A DNA stretch of 64,000 nt, taken from contig JASCQW010000190.1 in NCBI GenBank assembly GCA_030264375.1, forward strand, positions 15,843,219 through 15,907,218, in the 5' to 3' direction. Position 1 is the stretch's first letter; each line of letters begins with the position of its first letter. Shown one piece after another: positions 51,756 through 64,000 of this stretch. Position numbers and translations under genes: made by a program. Source of the stretch: Carcharhinus longimanus (taxonomy: Eukaryota). The notes below the pieces were generated by a model. That model made no database searches, had not been told where the DNA came from, and saw only the letters and a list, made by a program, of their open reading frames with translations.

Positions 51756-53514
51756 TCCAATCCCTTACATTCTATAATAGGGATTGCACATATTCCCACT
51801 AACTGCCATTTCTAATTTTTTAAAACACTGTCAATTGAACTTGTAACAAACTGAAGTGTGTGTTTGCCAGTGTCGTCCCAGATTCGGAGCACTCACACCT
51901 CAAATTTTCTTCTCTCGGGTTACTATAAATATGCAATATTTTTCAATACNNNNNNNNNNNNNNNNNNNNNNNNNNNNNNNNNNNNNNNNNNNNNNNNNNN
52001 NNNNNNNNNNNNNNNNNNNNNNNNNNNNNNNNNNNNNNNNNNNNNNNNNNNNNNNNNNNNNNNNNNNNNNNNNNNNNNNNNNNNNNNNNNNNNNNNNNNN
52101 NNNNNNNNNNNNNNNNNNNNNNNNNNNNNNNNNNNNNNNNNNNNNNNNNNNNNNNNNNNNNNNNNNNNNNNNNNNNNNNNNNNNNNNNNNNNNNNNNNNN
52201 NNNNNNNNNNNNNNNNNNNNNNNNNNNNNNNNNNNNNNNNNNNNNNNNNNNNNNNNNNNNNNNNNNNNNNNNNNNNNNNNNNNNNNNNNNNNNNNNNNNN
52301 NNNNNNNNNNNNNNNNNNNNNNNNNNNNNNNNNNNNNNNNNNNNNNNNNNNNNNNNNNNNNNNNNNNNNNNNNNNNNNNNNNNNNNNNNNNNNNNNNNNN
52401 NNNNNNNNNNNNNNNNNNNNNNNNNNNNNNNNNNNNNNNNNNNNNNNNNNNNNNNNNNNNNNNNNGCACTTAGTGACAGAAAATCAGTAACGCAAAGAAA
52501 GCATTCAAAAATCCTGCATTCACAATACTTACGAAATGTCAGCCAGTTTGCGTGTTTGAACCGACAACTTTGATACAAAGGTACGTGCTGAGCCAAATTA
52601 GCACTCAGGCATGAGAGTGTTCAGGGGAGTGAAGGCCAAGTCTGGATTTGCTAAACTTCCCTGACACCACTAACATAATTAAGACTGAAATTATCAAATC
52701 ACAGGGATTTCATAGTGAAAGTATGACATTAGCGGCAATTTGCGGTCAAAATAAAGAACAAGGTTTTAAAAACAATGAGGTGCTGCGAATTCAAGTTTAA
52801 ATGTCCAAGTTTGTTAAGGGGTTCTGACAGAACACTTAGGATTTTTAAATTTGGCAAATGCAAGTTCTACATGCTCTGTGAGGTAGGTTCCACAGTATTA
52901 TAAAAGGACACATTGTGACAATTAAGTTGAAATTTGACTTTTCTACCAAAATTAGAGATCTTCTAAAATAAAGACAGCTTTTTTTTGTTGAACGGATCAC
53001 AAGTACCAATGTCTCTGATTAAATATGCAAGACAGCCATATAAATCTGAAAGGTCTCAGATTTCTATCTGCTGTCCAAGCTGTACACCACCTAGATCCCT
53101 CAGCTGTGTTAATCATCCTATGCTTTAATTTGCAATAAAATCAGTTTCCTCTCACTCTCATAAGCCTCCTTCTTCAAAGACAATGTACATGAAACCAAGA
53201 CGCAAGGAAAGACTGAACTTTCCCAGTCACAACAACTAAACCAAAAATGCCATGAGCCAGGTTTGTAAAAGACTTTGGTTAATAACTGTCACCTCCTGTG
53301 AACCTGGACTTGTGGCAAGTACTAATGCAGAAAAAGAAAGTCAACAGAAGAACGAAAAAGAAAAAAATGATCACTGAGCCACTTTCTTCTGGCCCACAGT
53401 TACCACAACCACGTCAATCTGAATAGTCATGCATAGATAGGATCAAGGACAAAAGATTGAACAATGGATCGGTATTATAGAAATTCCTCATGAAAAATAA
53501 ACAAAAACAAGATC

Positions 53515-53820
53515 AACTTTTTAATATTCATTGGGATGTGGGTGTCGCTGGCTGGGCCAAAATAGGACTCAACCCTTTTCAGTGGATTTGGAGTCACATG
53601 TAGGTCACGCCAGGTAAGGATGACAGATTTCCTTCCCTAAAAGGACATTAGTGAACCAGATGGGTTTTTATGATAGTCAACAATGGTTTCATGATCATTA
53701 GACTTTTAGTTCCAGGTTTTTGACTGAATTCAAATTTCACCATGAGACTGGAACCCCGGTTCCCACAACATTACCCTGGGTCTCTGGATTATTAGTCCAT
53801 CGACAATGTCACTACATCAT
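53515..53820 (-). mobile_element. tRNA-derived SINE sharing the LINE family A tail
   Basis: Homologous to 56155-56500. Tail cccagccagcgacacccacatcccaatgaa. Confidence 0.82.
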
Positions 53821-54169
53821 TTATACAGCTACCTCTCCGTGGAAAATATGACAATAGGCATGGTACGACTGGTTTTGGAACTTCTACCACCAGATTAAAG
53901 TTAAGGGGGTGGGGTGCAAAATTATTCCGGATTTTATTAACATCTGCAACAAATTCCATTCCGTGATTCCTCTCACTGGTCACTGTCTCTGTTGAACCAG
54001 ATTGTTTGCAACTTTAGCATCCTTTCTAACAGCACACCACCTTCATCGCCAAAACCACCACCTCCACCCTTGTAACAGTCCATTCCTACGAATGCCATGC
54101 TCTAAGTCAGCATAAATAATATCAAGTCAACAGGGAAATAATTTGGATGGGCGATTACTGCAAAAGAAT

Positions 54170-54900
54170 GCCTTGAAAGGAGTAATTGAGGAAATGCCAC
54201 AGTTAGACAGCTGAAAAAATAGCTAATGTTGCGATGCTGTGTGCTCACAAGGGACCAGAATTGGATGAATACAGTGTTCTTGGGAGGAATGTGGGTTGGG
54301 AGATGGTAATGAAATGGGAACTTAGGAATTAGAAGTGGGCCATTTGGCCCATCAAGCCTGCTGTACCATTCAAACAGATCATGGCGTATTATCTACCTCT
54401 ACACCCTTTTCCCTCTGTATCCCTATGTCATTAGTAACAAGTATCTATCAATTTCTGCCTTGAACATGCTCAATGATTGAAATTCAACAACCCTCTGGGG
54501 TAAAGTTCAAAAAGTCACCAGCCTCATTGAAGAAATTCTGCCTCATCTCAGTTTTAAATGGCCTACCTTTCATCCTGCAACTAGGAACAAATGAGGTCAC
54601 AGAGAGATTTGACCAGGAAGACACTTCAAATCAAGGCACCTGAGGCTAGTGTAAATCAGCGAGAACAGAAGTAACGGGTGAGCAGGATGCGGACAGAATA
54701 CGAGCAGAATTGGATGAGCTTTGTGGCGAAGGGTGGAAAGTTGGAAAGCCAGCCAGTATAGCACTTGAGTTGTCTAGTCTGGAGATAAAAGCACGCCTGA
54801 GATTTCAACACTCGACGTGCTGAGGCAGGGTGGGAATCAACAATGTTACAAAGAATGAATTGGGCACTTTTGGTGATGGTGAGGGAATGCTATCTGGTTC
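54170..54900 (-). mobile_element. L2 LINE relic interrupted by a CR1 3' end (54318-54580)
   Basis: Minus strand encodes AFISRLDNSSAILAGFP, close to the L2 SRLDYCNSLLAGLP motif. CR1 tail ggccatttggcccatcaagcctgct lies inside. Confidence 0.7.
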
Positions 54901-56154
54901 AGCTCAAGGGTGTTGCAAACTGGCACATTCCACGATCCAGATCAAAATGCTGAGAGGCATGCACAGTTGGGGGTAGGCATCAATAGGCCACTGTCAAAGT
55001 GGCCTCAGTATAAAGAGGGGCTGCAAATCATCTAAAACCTCTCTGGCTATATACGTCTGTTAACATTTGACATGAAACACAATTATACATTGCAAATATA
55101 ACCTGTAATGGCAAGCGTACTGATGTATCGCAGATACTGTATTGAAAGAAATTGACTGAAATGCACTTTAAATATAGCCAAATTTGAACTGATTTATCTT
55201 TACAATTTTTTGGAAAAAGTATTGCAGTATTAACAGTATTGCAAAAGCTTTTTTTTTGACTAGCCATCGTTAACCATTTAACTACTGTCAAGTCTCCATG
55301 AGGTTATTAGCCATTGTACTCTGTAATCTAGTTTGCACATCCCAAATCCATGGAAACAATCAACAGGCCACAAAACTAAATTACCTACAAAGAGGGAAGG
55401 GGAGAGACAAAAGGAAGGAATCCATGTACCTAAACACATGCTTAAATTACGATGACTCATTAAAGTCTAGTTGTCACTTATTCAAAAAGCCATCATGGAA
55501 TGTTAGCTCATTCATTCACCAGCACATGGTCATGGATTTGTGAAATCCAATCACTGATACACAAAACATTTATACTAGTCACACATTTCATCAGACTCCA
55601 ATAATACATGACAAAAACAATATGCTCAAGAGTCTCACTTCAAATTTTAGAGAGTATATTCTATAAAATTTAATGTTGTAAAATATCCTCAAAATTGAGA
55701 TTAAAAATTAAAGTTCAAAAGATTTTCAAAAGCAGAATCAGAATAAAGCACAGCACTTACTGAAAACAAAATGTTACATTGATGTGAAAATCCCCATTCC
55801 CATTTTTGAAATGTTTGAGTAGGTGAAAACAAATAGCAATAAAACAGTCCAAATTTATTTACTCTGTAGTTTATCCTCTCCTTCACCAGCTAAATGAGAT
55901 TCAGGTAGCAATTTTCAGCAACAAATTCAGTAATGTTTCATCATTTCGACTGACCCCAGATTAACCACAAATTTTCACTTAATGGTAGCCATATTACTAC
56001 TATTTTTAAACTCCAAGTGAAGAAAATGCAGCAAGATGAATTGGACCAGTTGCGTACAATTTGAGTAGATAAGGACAACTGACTGTTAATTTACAAACAT
56101 AGCTGCATGAATCAGAATATTGAGTATACACTGTTCCCTAGCACCGTATACTAC

Positions 56155-56500
56155 TTTTTCATTCATTGAATTTGGGCGTCACTTGCTGGACCTGCATTTA
56201 TTGCCCATCCCTAATTGTCCTAGTACTGAATGGCTTGCGAGGCCATTTCAGAAAGGAGTTAATCACATTGCTGTGGGTCTCGAGTCATACGTAGGCCAGA
56301 CCAGGTAGGGTTGACAGATTTCCTTCCCTAAAGGATTAGGCAGGGTTTTTTGCAACAATCGACAATGGTTCTACAATCATTAAACTTTTAATTCCAGATT
56401 TTTATTGAATTCAAATTTCACCATCTGCCATGGTGGGATTTGAAACCAGGTCCCTGGATTACTAGTCCAGTGACAATACCATAATGCCACTACCTCCCCA
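56155..56500 (-). mobile_element. tRNA-derived SINE sharing the LINE family A tail
   Basis: Head agtggcattatggtattgtcactggactagtaatccagggacctggtttcaaatccc; tail ggacaattagggatgggcaataaatgc. Confidence 0.85.
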
Positions 56501-59500
56501 AATCATAGTTTAACATGGCCAAGATTAGTTAATGGAGTACAAGTCAAAAACTGAACCAGAGACCTTCTCATCTAGGAATCTCTGACTTATGTGTTCAAAA
56601 CAATGTCTTGGGCCATCTCGCTACACACATTTGCCTCAAACTGGCAGTGTGTTAGATCTGCATTATGCAGTATCAGACAGTTCACAAATTAGCTCCCATG
56701 CTTGCCTACATAACAATGGCTTTATCTTGAAAGTAACCCATTGATTATAAAATACTTTGGGACATGCTGAGGTAGTAATAAGGTACAATATAAAGACATT
56801 TTCTTTCATAACCTCCTTTTGTAAAAGACAGACATTTACTTTTGTTAAAAACATTGATAGCTTTTAAGTATCCCAAGGTAAAAAATTGTTACAGCTCTTA
56901 TTTTTCCTTTAGAAGTGTAAATTTAATAGCTTTTAGTGTAGCCAGCTTCACAGGTGAGAAGCTTTTGTCTTTATTCAAGTGCAAACCTCATGATATTTAC
57001 TTCATAATTTAACATGTTGACGCAATCTAACTAAAACAGTTTGCTATCAAATATTTCAATAGAACACAATGATTTTATCATAATGTCTCACTGAATTCAC
57101 ACCATGTTAGCCCATAATGACAATTAAAAATTTTGATAAAGTAATAAGGTAGTCTTCTTTGTAGTCAAAGTAGCTCTAAATGACATGCTTTGCACTGAAA
57201 ATTCAGAAGCAAACTCTTACAGATGCAGCAATCTGATAATGAAAACAGGGTATTCCAGTTTGCCAAATCGCTTAATTAACCAACTATTAATGTTGCCTCG
57301 AAGGTGGAGAATGGACCCTGATGGTTCAAAGGGCCAGAGTCTCCATAAAGTTTGCCCAGTCCTTGGAGAGGACATTACAATTTCGAATGTTAACACCAGA
57401 CAGGCTTAACAGAGCTGATCACCAGTGTAAACCATCATCTTGCAAGATGGAAGACTGTAACTGGGTAGATCTGTCAATGTGGAGTCTAGGTTCCAAATAA
57501 CCTTACAAGTCATAAAATGGATAGTATACCTACTCAGGAATCCCAGAAAGCCTATCAGTTCTCTGATAGAATGCATGGGTTTTGCTGATTAAGTTTGAGC
57601 AGTATTCCTCTGCACAACTGGTTGCACAATACTAAGTTTGAGCTCCAGAATTTTGCATGCAAACTCCCTAAGTTTTAAGTGCATTAATCAATATTATGGT
57701 TTAAAAGATCCTTACATTAGAGCTAATGCTGCTCTATGTAGATTGCACACAGCCAGAAAGACATACCCAGTAACAAGTTAAGGTCTCACCATCTGTCAAT
57801 GCTTAGCATATCTGACAACTTTACATTGATTCTGGAGTGAGAGATCTCCATGTGCTGCACTAGTGCAACATTAATACTGCTTCAGGCATGATGACAGGTT
57901 TCCACAAGTCAGGCACCAAAAAAGACAACTACGTTTTTAAAAACACGAAACAGGAACAGGCCTTTATTTTTAAATTAGTAGCAAAGATAAAAGACCATGT
58001 GAATGAATGATTTTGCTATGTTGTCTGCATATGAGAAAGACAATGTGCATGATCCTTGGTGAATGAACAAACAAAATGGCCCCTTTCAATGCAATGTGGA
58101 TGCATGAGGTAGGAAAGCTCTTTTGTTTGCACTGGGCAGATTTGTTAAACCTTTAACATACTCATTCAATTGTGCTTTTTATATAGGTGAAATTAAGTTG
58201 AAATTTGTCCATCCTATAACTTGTACATTTACTTCATCCTTTTGATAAAATTTATTCCAGTTACACAACTCAAGTTATTACACAATACATCGTGTGCCTG
58301 TTACAACTGCCCAAAATTGCAGACATATCTTAAGTTGATATAAATATTTTAGGAAACAAGCCAATGATTTCAAATGGTTTGTGGACATGAAATGGTTAGA
58401 TTTTGGTGTTTTTACAAAGTAAATATCGATATAAATCTTGGATTTGGTGGTACAGTTGGACAGTTAACTCCGTTATTTTATCTCTGGGACACAAATTAAA
58501 ATCCAACCCAGGACTAAAGTCTTTTTTTTCCTTAGAACTGTAGTTGAATTCATTCCCAATCAGTTACAATAGGGACAAATTCAAACCACAAAAATTGGCC
58601 ATTATTCAGCACTAAGCTCATTCAGGTAATAAAGGGTGGCTGGTACAGAACAGATGTAGTCAGACTGCAGATGGTTGAGATTTATGCTAAATCTAATCTA
58701 AAGTGGCTGTTGCAAACAGACTAAAATTCATAACACTTCTCATTGGAAACTAAATTAAATATAAAGTTTTGAAATGTTCTTTGAAGTCCAACATGTAATG
58801 TACTTCACTTGGTAACATTAACAAAGATGAAGTATGAGGTTTCACTAATTACTAAGTTTATGAGATTGTTACGCTTGACCTTCAATAACTGGTACGTTAA
58901 TCTATTTTCTACTTTTAATATGCCCTTCAGACATGGATGACCCTGACAAGAGTACATCATTCCACAACCCTTATTGTCCAGGAAATGTGAGCTACCTTCA
59001 TCTTAGTGCTTGATTTTCAGAGCAGGCTCGAGGGGCCAAATGGTCTACTCCTGCTCCTACTAATGTTTACAACTCACTGGCTTGCTACAAACTCCACCTG
59101 AAAAAGCTCTTGCCTTCTGCATTCAATGTTGCAATGCAAATAACCTCACAAGCACCAGGAGCTTTAATATATTATGTAAATATTATATAGTCCAGCTCAG
59201 AGACAGAAAAAAGGCCTAGGTAGAGAAACATTTCAAATATCTTCAACTGGAACTATCAATTTAATCACTATTCAGCAATATAGAAGCACTCCCCCATGCA
59301 AAGATATTACACAGTGTGTTAAAGGATGTATCATTTTACCATCCAAATTAAATTTTGGCATTACAGTAATCATTACATTTACCACAAGTGTGTATTATAT
59401 TTGATTGTCAATATATTATAATTTACAGGTGCAATAATCAGATTAAGATGGAATGAAAAGGACACTTTCAATAACTTGCTCAAATAGCCACCTCTTGGCG

Positions 59501-59779
59501 AGAACCTGAAACTACATGGCAACAGCTGAAATTACAAAATTTAAAACTGAAATGTTGACAGAAATTTATAACAGCTAATGCTGACACACAAACATATCTA
59601 CCTACCACAACACAAGTAAGGTCTTTCAGCACACGGGCATTCTACCCACAATTGGTCATAAACTATAAGTATAAATTCTAAGTGACACTGAAGTTCCTGG
59701 GAAATTGGTGAGGGGACAGGAAGGAGGGAGTAATGGTGAACAGTTGCTTTTTGGATTGGACGAAGTACACAGTGACGTC

Positions 59780-59930
59780 TCTTCAGGCTTCCCACAGCCC
59801 AAAGATGCATGGGTTAGGCTGATTGGCCATGCTAAATTGACCGTGTTATGGAAATAGGGCCTACATGGGATTGTGGTGGAACAGATTTGATGGGCAAATG
59901 GCATCCTACTGCACTGTAGGGATTCTATTA
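59780..59930 (+). mobile_element. 5'-truncated V-SINE, tail type A
   Basis: cccacagcccaaagatg...gattggccatgctaaattg...gcactgtagggattctat. Confidence 0.8.
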
Positions 59931-60059
59931 GGACGGCTGGTCTTTCTGATACACAAATACTTGCCATGGAATTAGGTATACAGGATGTTGCTGTATGACA
60001 AGACTCAAAAATGCAGCAAATAGTAGCAAACATCTCATCTTACAAGTAAAATGGTTGTC

Positions 60060-60805
60060 AGGCAGGGCCTGTACTCATTGCAGTTTAGAAGACAGAAGTG
60101 ATCTTGTTGAAACATACAAGATCCTGAGGGGACTTCTCAGGATGGATGCTGAAAGGAGAATCTCTCCCTCGCGGGAGAGAATAGAACTAGGGTACAAAGT
60201 TTAAAAATAAAGCGTTGTTCATTTAAGAAGGGGACAAGAACTGGGCAGCACAATGGCATAGTGGTTAGCACTGCTGCCTCACAGCGCCAGGGACCTGGGT
60301 TCAACTCCAGCCTCAGTCACATTGTGGAGTTTGCACATTCTCCCCATGTCTGCTTGGATTTCCTACGGATGCTCCAGTCTGCTCGTAAACTCCAAAGCTG
60401 TGCGGGTTAGGTTGATTGGCCATGTTAAACTGACTCTTAGTGTTAGTGTTACCCCTTAGGGTAAATATGTGGGGTTATGGGGATAGGACCAGGGTGGGAT
60501 TGTTGACAGTGCAGACACGATGGCCTAATGGCCTCTTTCTGCACTGTGGATTCTACAAAGATATCTTTTTCTCTCAGGTGGTCTTGAATCTTTGGAACTC
60601 TCTACCCCAGGGACGGTTGGAGACAGGGTTAGTTAATATTTTTATGGAAGAGGTAGACAGATCCTTGACTAACAAGAAGCCAAAAATTAGCAGGGATAGG
60701 CAGAATGTGGGGTTGAGGTTACAATCAGATCAGCCATGATCTTACTGGATGGCAGAGCAGACCCAGGGGACAAATGGCCCATTCCTACCCCAAGTTCACA
60801 TGTAT
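60060..60805 (+). mobile_element. CR1 3' fragment split by a V-SINE
   Basis: RSDLVETYKILRGL before the SINE and FFSQVVLNLWNSLPQ after it. Confidence 0.85.
60243..60555 (+). mobile_element. Full-length V-SINE, tail type A
   Basis: A box TGGCATAGTGG, B box GGTTCAACTCC, tail ggcctaatggcctctttctgcactgtggattcta. Confidence 0.92.
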
Positions 60806-61007
60806 ACGTCAGTACATCATAAAGCAGACCAGTGAAATGAGCAGACACATTGCAAATGAAATTTAACTGTAAAAAAGTGATACAATTTGGAAAGAAGAAT
60901 GAGGATAGGCAATATTAATTAACTGATATAATTTTAAAAGGGGGTGCAGGAAGGGAGAGAATAGGCATGTGCAGAAAAATAGATTCAAGTTAAAAGGCTA
61001 CTGAAAA

Positions 61008-61263
61008 GGGCAGCACCGTGATACAGTGGTTAGCACTGCTGCTTCTCAGCACCAGGGACCTGGGTTCAATTCCCAGCTTGGGTCACTGTGTGGAGCTTGC
61101 ACGTTTTCCCCGTATTTATGTGGGTTTCCTCCCACAGCGCTGATTAGATGAATTGACCTGAATAGGCGCCAGAGTACAGTAACAAGGGGAATTTCACAGT
61201 ACCTTTATTGCAGTGTTAATGTAAGCCTTAATTGTGACTAATAAATGAACTTTACTTTTACTT
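61008..61263 (+). mobile_element. V-SINE, tail type B
   Basis: Head gggcagcaccgtgatacagtggttagc; tail gcagtgttaatgtaagcctt...actaataaatgaacttt. Confidence 0.9.
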
Positions 61264-61439
61264 TGGATCTTTGGTTTTATTTATAAAGATCACAAAAGCA
61301 CAATACAGCAAGGTTAAACCTGCAGAAAGCACTGACTAGAACCAAATTGGAGTATTGTATTAAATCTGAAACATCACACTTCAGGAAGTATGTCAAAGCC
61401 TTAAGATTTACCAGAACAGTACCGAAGACAAGAAAAAAT

Positions 61440-61810
61440 AGACTTGCTCTCTGCAGAGGCGAAGGGCAGGAAGAAAGTTGAGAGGTGTTTAATGTCATTA
61501 ACAGTTTTGATGAGCAAATAAGCAGCTACATTCCAATGGCAGAAAAGTCAGTGGTAAACAGAGAACTTAGATTTAAAGTGATTTGCACAAGAAAACCAGA
61601 AGCGACTTGTTGCAAGTTGGAATTACTTTCTGAAAGGGCCATGAAAAAGAATAGTTATTTTAAAAAGGGAATTGGTTAAATACTTGGAAGGAAGAGAGTT
61701 GCAGGGCTACAGGGAAATAGCATGAGATAGGATCTAATTGTAGAGATCTACCAAAGAGCCAGCAAAGGAACGAAGGTCCGAGTGACCACATGTGCTGTGC
61801 CGATGGTTGG
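61440..61810 (+). mobile_element. Degenerate CR1 3' fragment
   Basis: gaggtgtttaatgtcattaacagttttgat...agagaacttagatttaaagtgattt...aaaagggaattggttaaatacttg. Confidence 0.65.
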
Positions 61811-64000
61811 TGAAGTGACAGCGGTCATTGTTGACCTTGAGGAAAGCTATACCCCAACATCCACCACCCTGGTGATTTCCTCTTTCATGGCACCTGTACG
61901 ATGCTGGCGCCAAGTGGAGGAGATCTCCAAAAGTCCAGAACAGTGACATTATCAAACTAAACAGCCAATCACGCTGAACAATTTCAGGAGTGAAATAAAT
62001 ATTTAGACACACACAATGCAATCAGGCACATGCAAGATAATGAGGAAAATACAAAACAAACTTAAAATTTAAAGGATAGAACTAACAAGTAGAAATTTGA
62101 CATTCCACAAACATAAAATAAGCTAAGATCAGCGAAGTTGCTCAGTTGATTTTAAAGTCCACTAAAAACTCAATTATGCTTCATTCAACAAAAAACATTT
62201 TTGTGATTCTTATCAGTGCTATTACAGCATAAGGAGGAATGTTCACATCAGTTCATGCCATTTCTGAGGGCTGCCACCTGCAGGGTCTTCAACAGTGTAC
62301 ACTACGGAAGGTCGTGGAATCTTTGACAAAAACTTCTGGATTTCCATACGTTGGGACACCAAGAGCTGCCACCAGTTTTAGTTATATTGATGGCTTTATC
62401 CAGCAACATTTAATTTTCTTTCACACTTGCAAATGTATACAAACAAAATAATGGTTTTTCACTCCATTTCTCCCCACTCAAAGCACCCCACTAGTAAAAA
62501 GGCAAGCACCTAATTCAGACGTGTTATAGCACTTGATTCTATATTCTTGCTGTCATAAGTTTTTTTGAATTTTCACACAAGTATTAAATTGAATGGCTTG
62601 GCACTTACCCAATTTCTGGCATTAACCTGCTCAGAATACAGCATTAACCATAGGTTACTATAATGTCATGATTTATCTGTTGCAGGATAAAATAATAGAA
62701 AACTAGAAACAATAGTAATGCCATCAAAATACGTTTTGCTTACTAAAAAGCCACGCATGTTTAAATTAAATCTTAAGATCAATTTGAAGTTTTCTATGAT
62801 GTATTCCAACAAGCAAGTCCAACTGACTGCAGTGATAATAATGATTTTCAATGTTGATTTAAGACAAATCTGCTGTCCAGGTTCCCTAAGGCATTTGAAA
62901 GCACTGCACAAATGCAAGATACTGTTGTTTTACGGTTGCTTTTGAAAGTGCCACAGTTGTTGAGTGTGAATTTCCATTTAGCATGATAATTTCGGCATTG
63001 AAAAAGAACTGGGCAAAGCAAACTAAGTTAAAATTTTAAAATTAAAAAACACAATATGAAGTGGAAAATTATTTTCATAATTATAGAAAACAAATTAATC
63101 ACAAAAAGGTGTTTCTTTGGGAGATCTACAGACTTGCAAGGCAGCATCAAAACATCATCTGTTGAATTCTCAAGCATAAGTACATTTCTCTTACAAAGCA
63201 ACTGATATTAGGAAGTGGTTAGAACTATTAATGATCGTCCTAGGGCTAATAATGTTCTACTGCCTTCACAGCTACACTGTTAGGTTAGTATAAATATTTT
63301 AAAACGCTCTGTATTCAACTGAGTCAAAATTGAGTTCCTCGCAACCAAAAGAATGACATCAAGTTGGTGTAATCACCCAATCCACCACCTGCCCTGTACT
63401 TGATCAGCCCTCTTCCCCTGAGTCCTAATCCTTAATAAAAGGGATTTTCTGGAAATAGAACCTTAGTGTACACAGGTTCAAGCATTATCCACATGTTGCG
63501 TGAAGTGAAATATCAGGAACATTAAGCAGTCACAGCTGAATTTCAGTTCAGAACTTAGGCAAAGATGACCTTTTGGATAACCTCCCATTGTCCTAAATTC
63601 ATTTTGATAAAATAAAATGAACAGAGCAGCTCTAAGAAAGGCCAATTAAAAAATCCACCATCAACCAAGAAGCTTCAATGAACATTGTTTTTCCCCCAAA
63701 TGTTGAACTGAATGTGAAAAATTAAGTTGACTATTTTTAAAATGTTCATCACAGGTTGTTGAGCTCAACTAATTTGTAGTATTAAACGAACAGTACTTAA
63801 TGGCAGGTTGCTTTAAAGATAAATTTGTGCATGTGATTCCGATGATGATTTATCGGGGTAGAGAATTTACATATTAGAAACTATACATTTGGCAGCTATT
63901 GCTGGACTACAATAATTTGATCTTTTATAAAGCTGTGAACTAATCATGACGATATTACTACCAAACCTCCTTCACGTTAAAGGTGAGTGTGCCACAAGCA

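Noticed and set aside
50505-52596. Long ORFs of 136-217 aa
   Set aside because: Artefacts of reading through N gaps.
60243-60320. tRNA-like sequences with A and B boxes (also at 23999 and 61008)
   Set aside because: These are SINE heads continuing into V-core and tail, not tRNA genes.
1-64000. CRISPR arrays, operons or prokaryotic defence systems
   Set aside because: The sequence is a spliced vertebrate gene with no regularly spaced repeat-spacer arrays.

Overview
Intron-rich vertebrate genomic DNA, most likely from a shark (cartilaginous fish), judging by its V-SINE, DeuSINE and CR1 repeat content. The window holds 13 coding exons of the deubiquitinase gene USP10 on the minus strand (human-equivalent exons 2-14). 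They total 2412 coding nt including the stop, with a continuous frame and GT-AG junctions throughout. The 3'UTR and an AATAAA lie at the start of the window. About 26 kb of intron 1 lies at the end, and exon 1 was not found. Intron 5 is a U12-type GT-AG intron. The introns contain CR1-group and L2 LINE fragments, three tRNA-derived SINE families, pogo and hAT transposon relics, two solo-LTR candidates and seven assembly gaps. I found no clearly new biological system. The best leads are: a Gly-to-Ser change in the USP Cys box; inverted CR1 copies with identical visible 3' ends that bracket exons 6-10 and predict a stop-free exon 7-10 circle; a 213-bp near-perfect palindrome; a 61-bp hAT element with a perfect TSD; and a SINE apparently built from the 5' and 3' parts of a co-resident LINE. 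Repeat boundaries were read by eye and are approximate.
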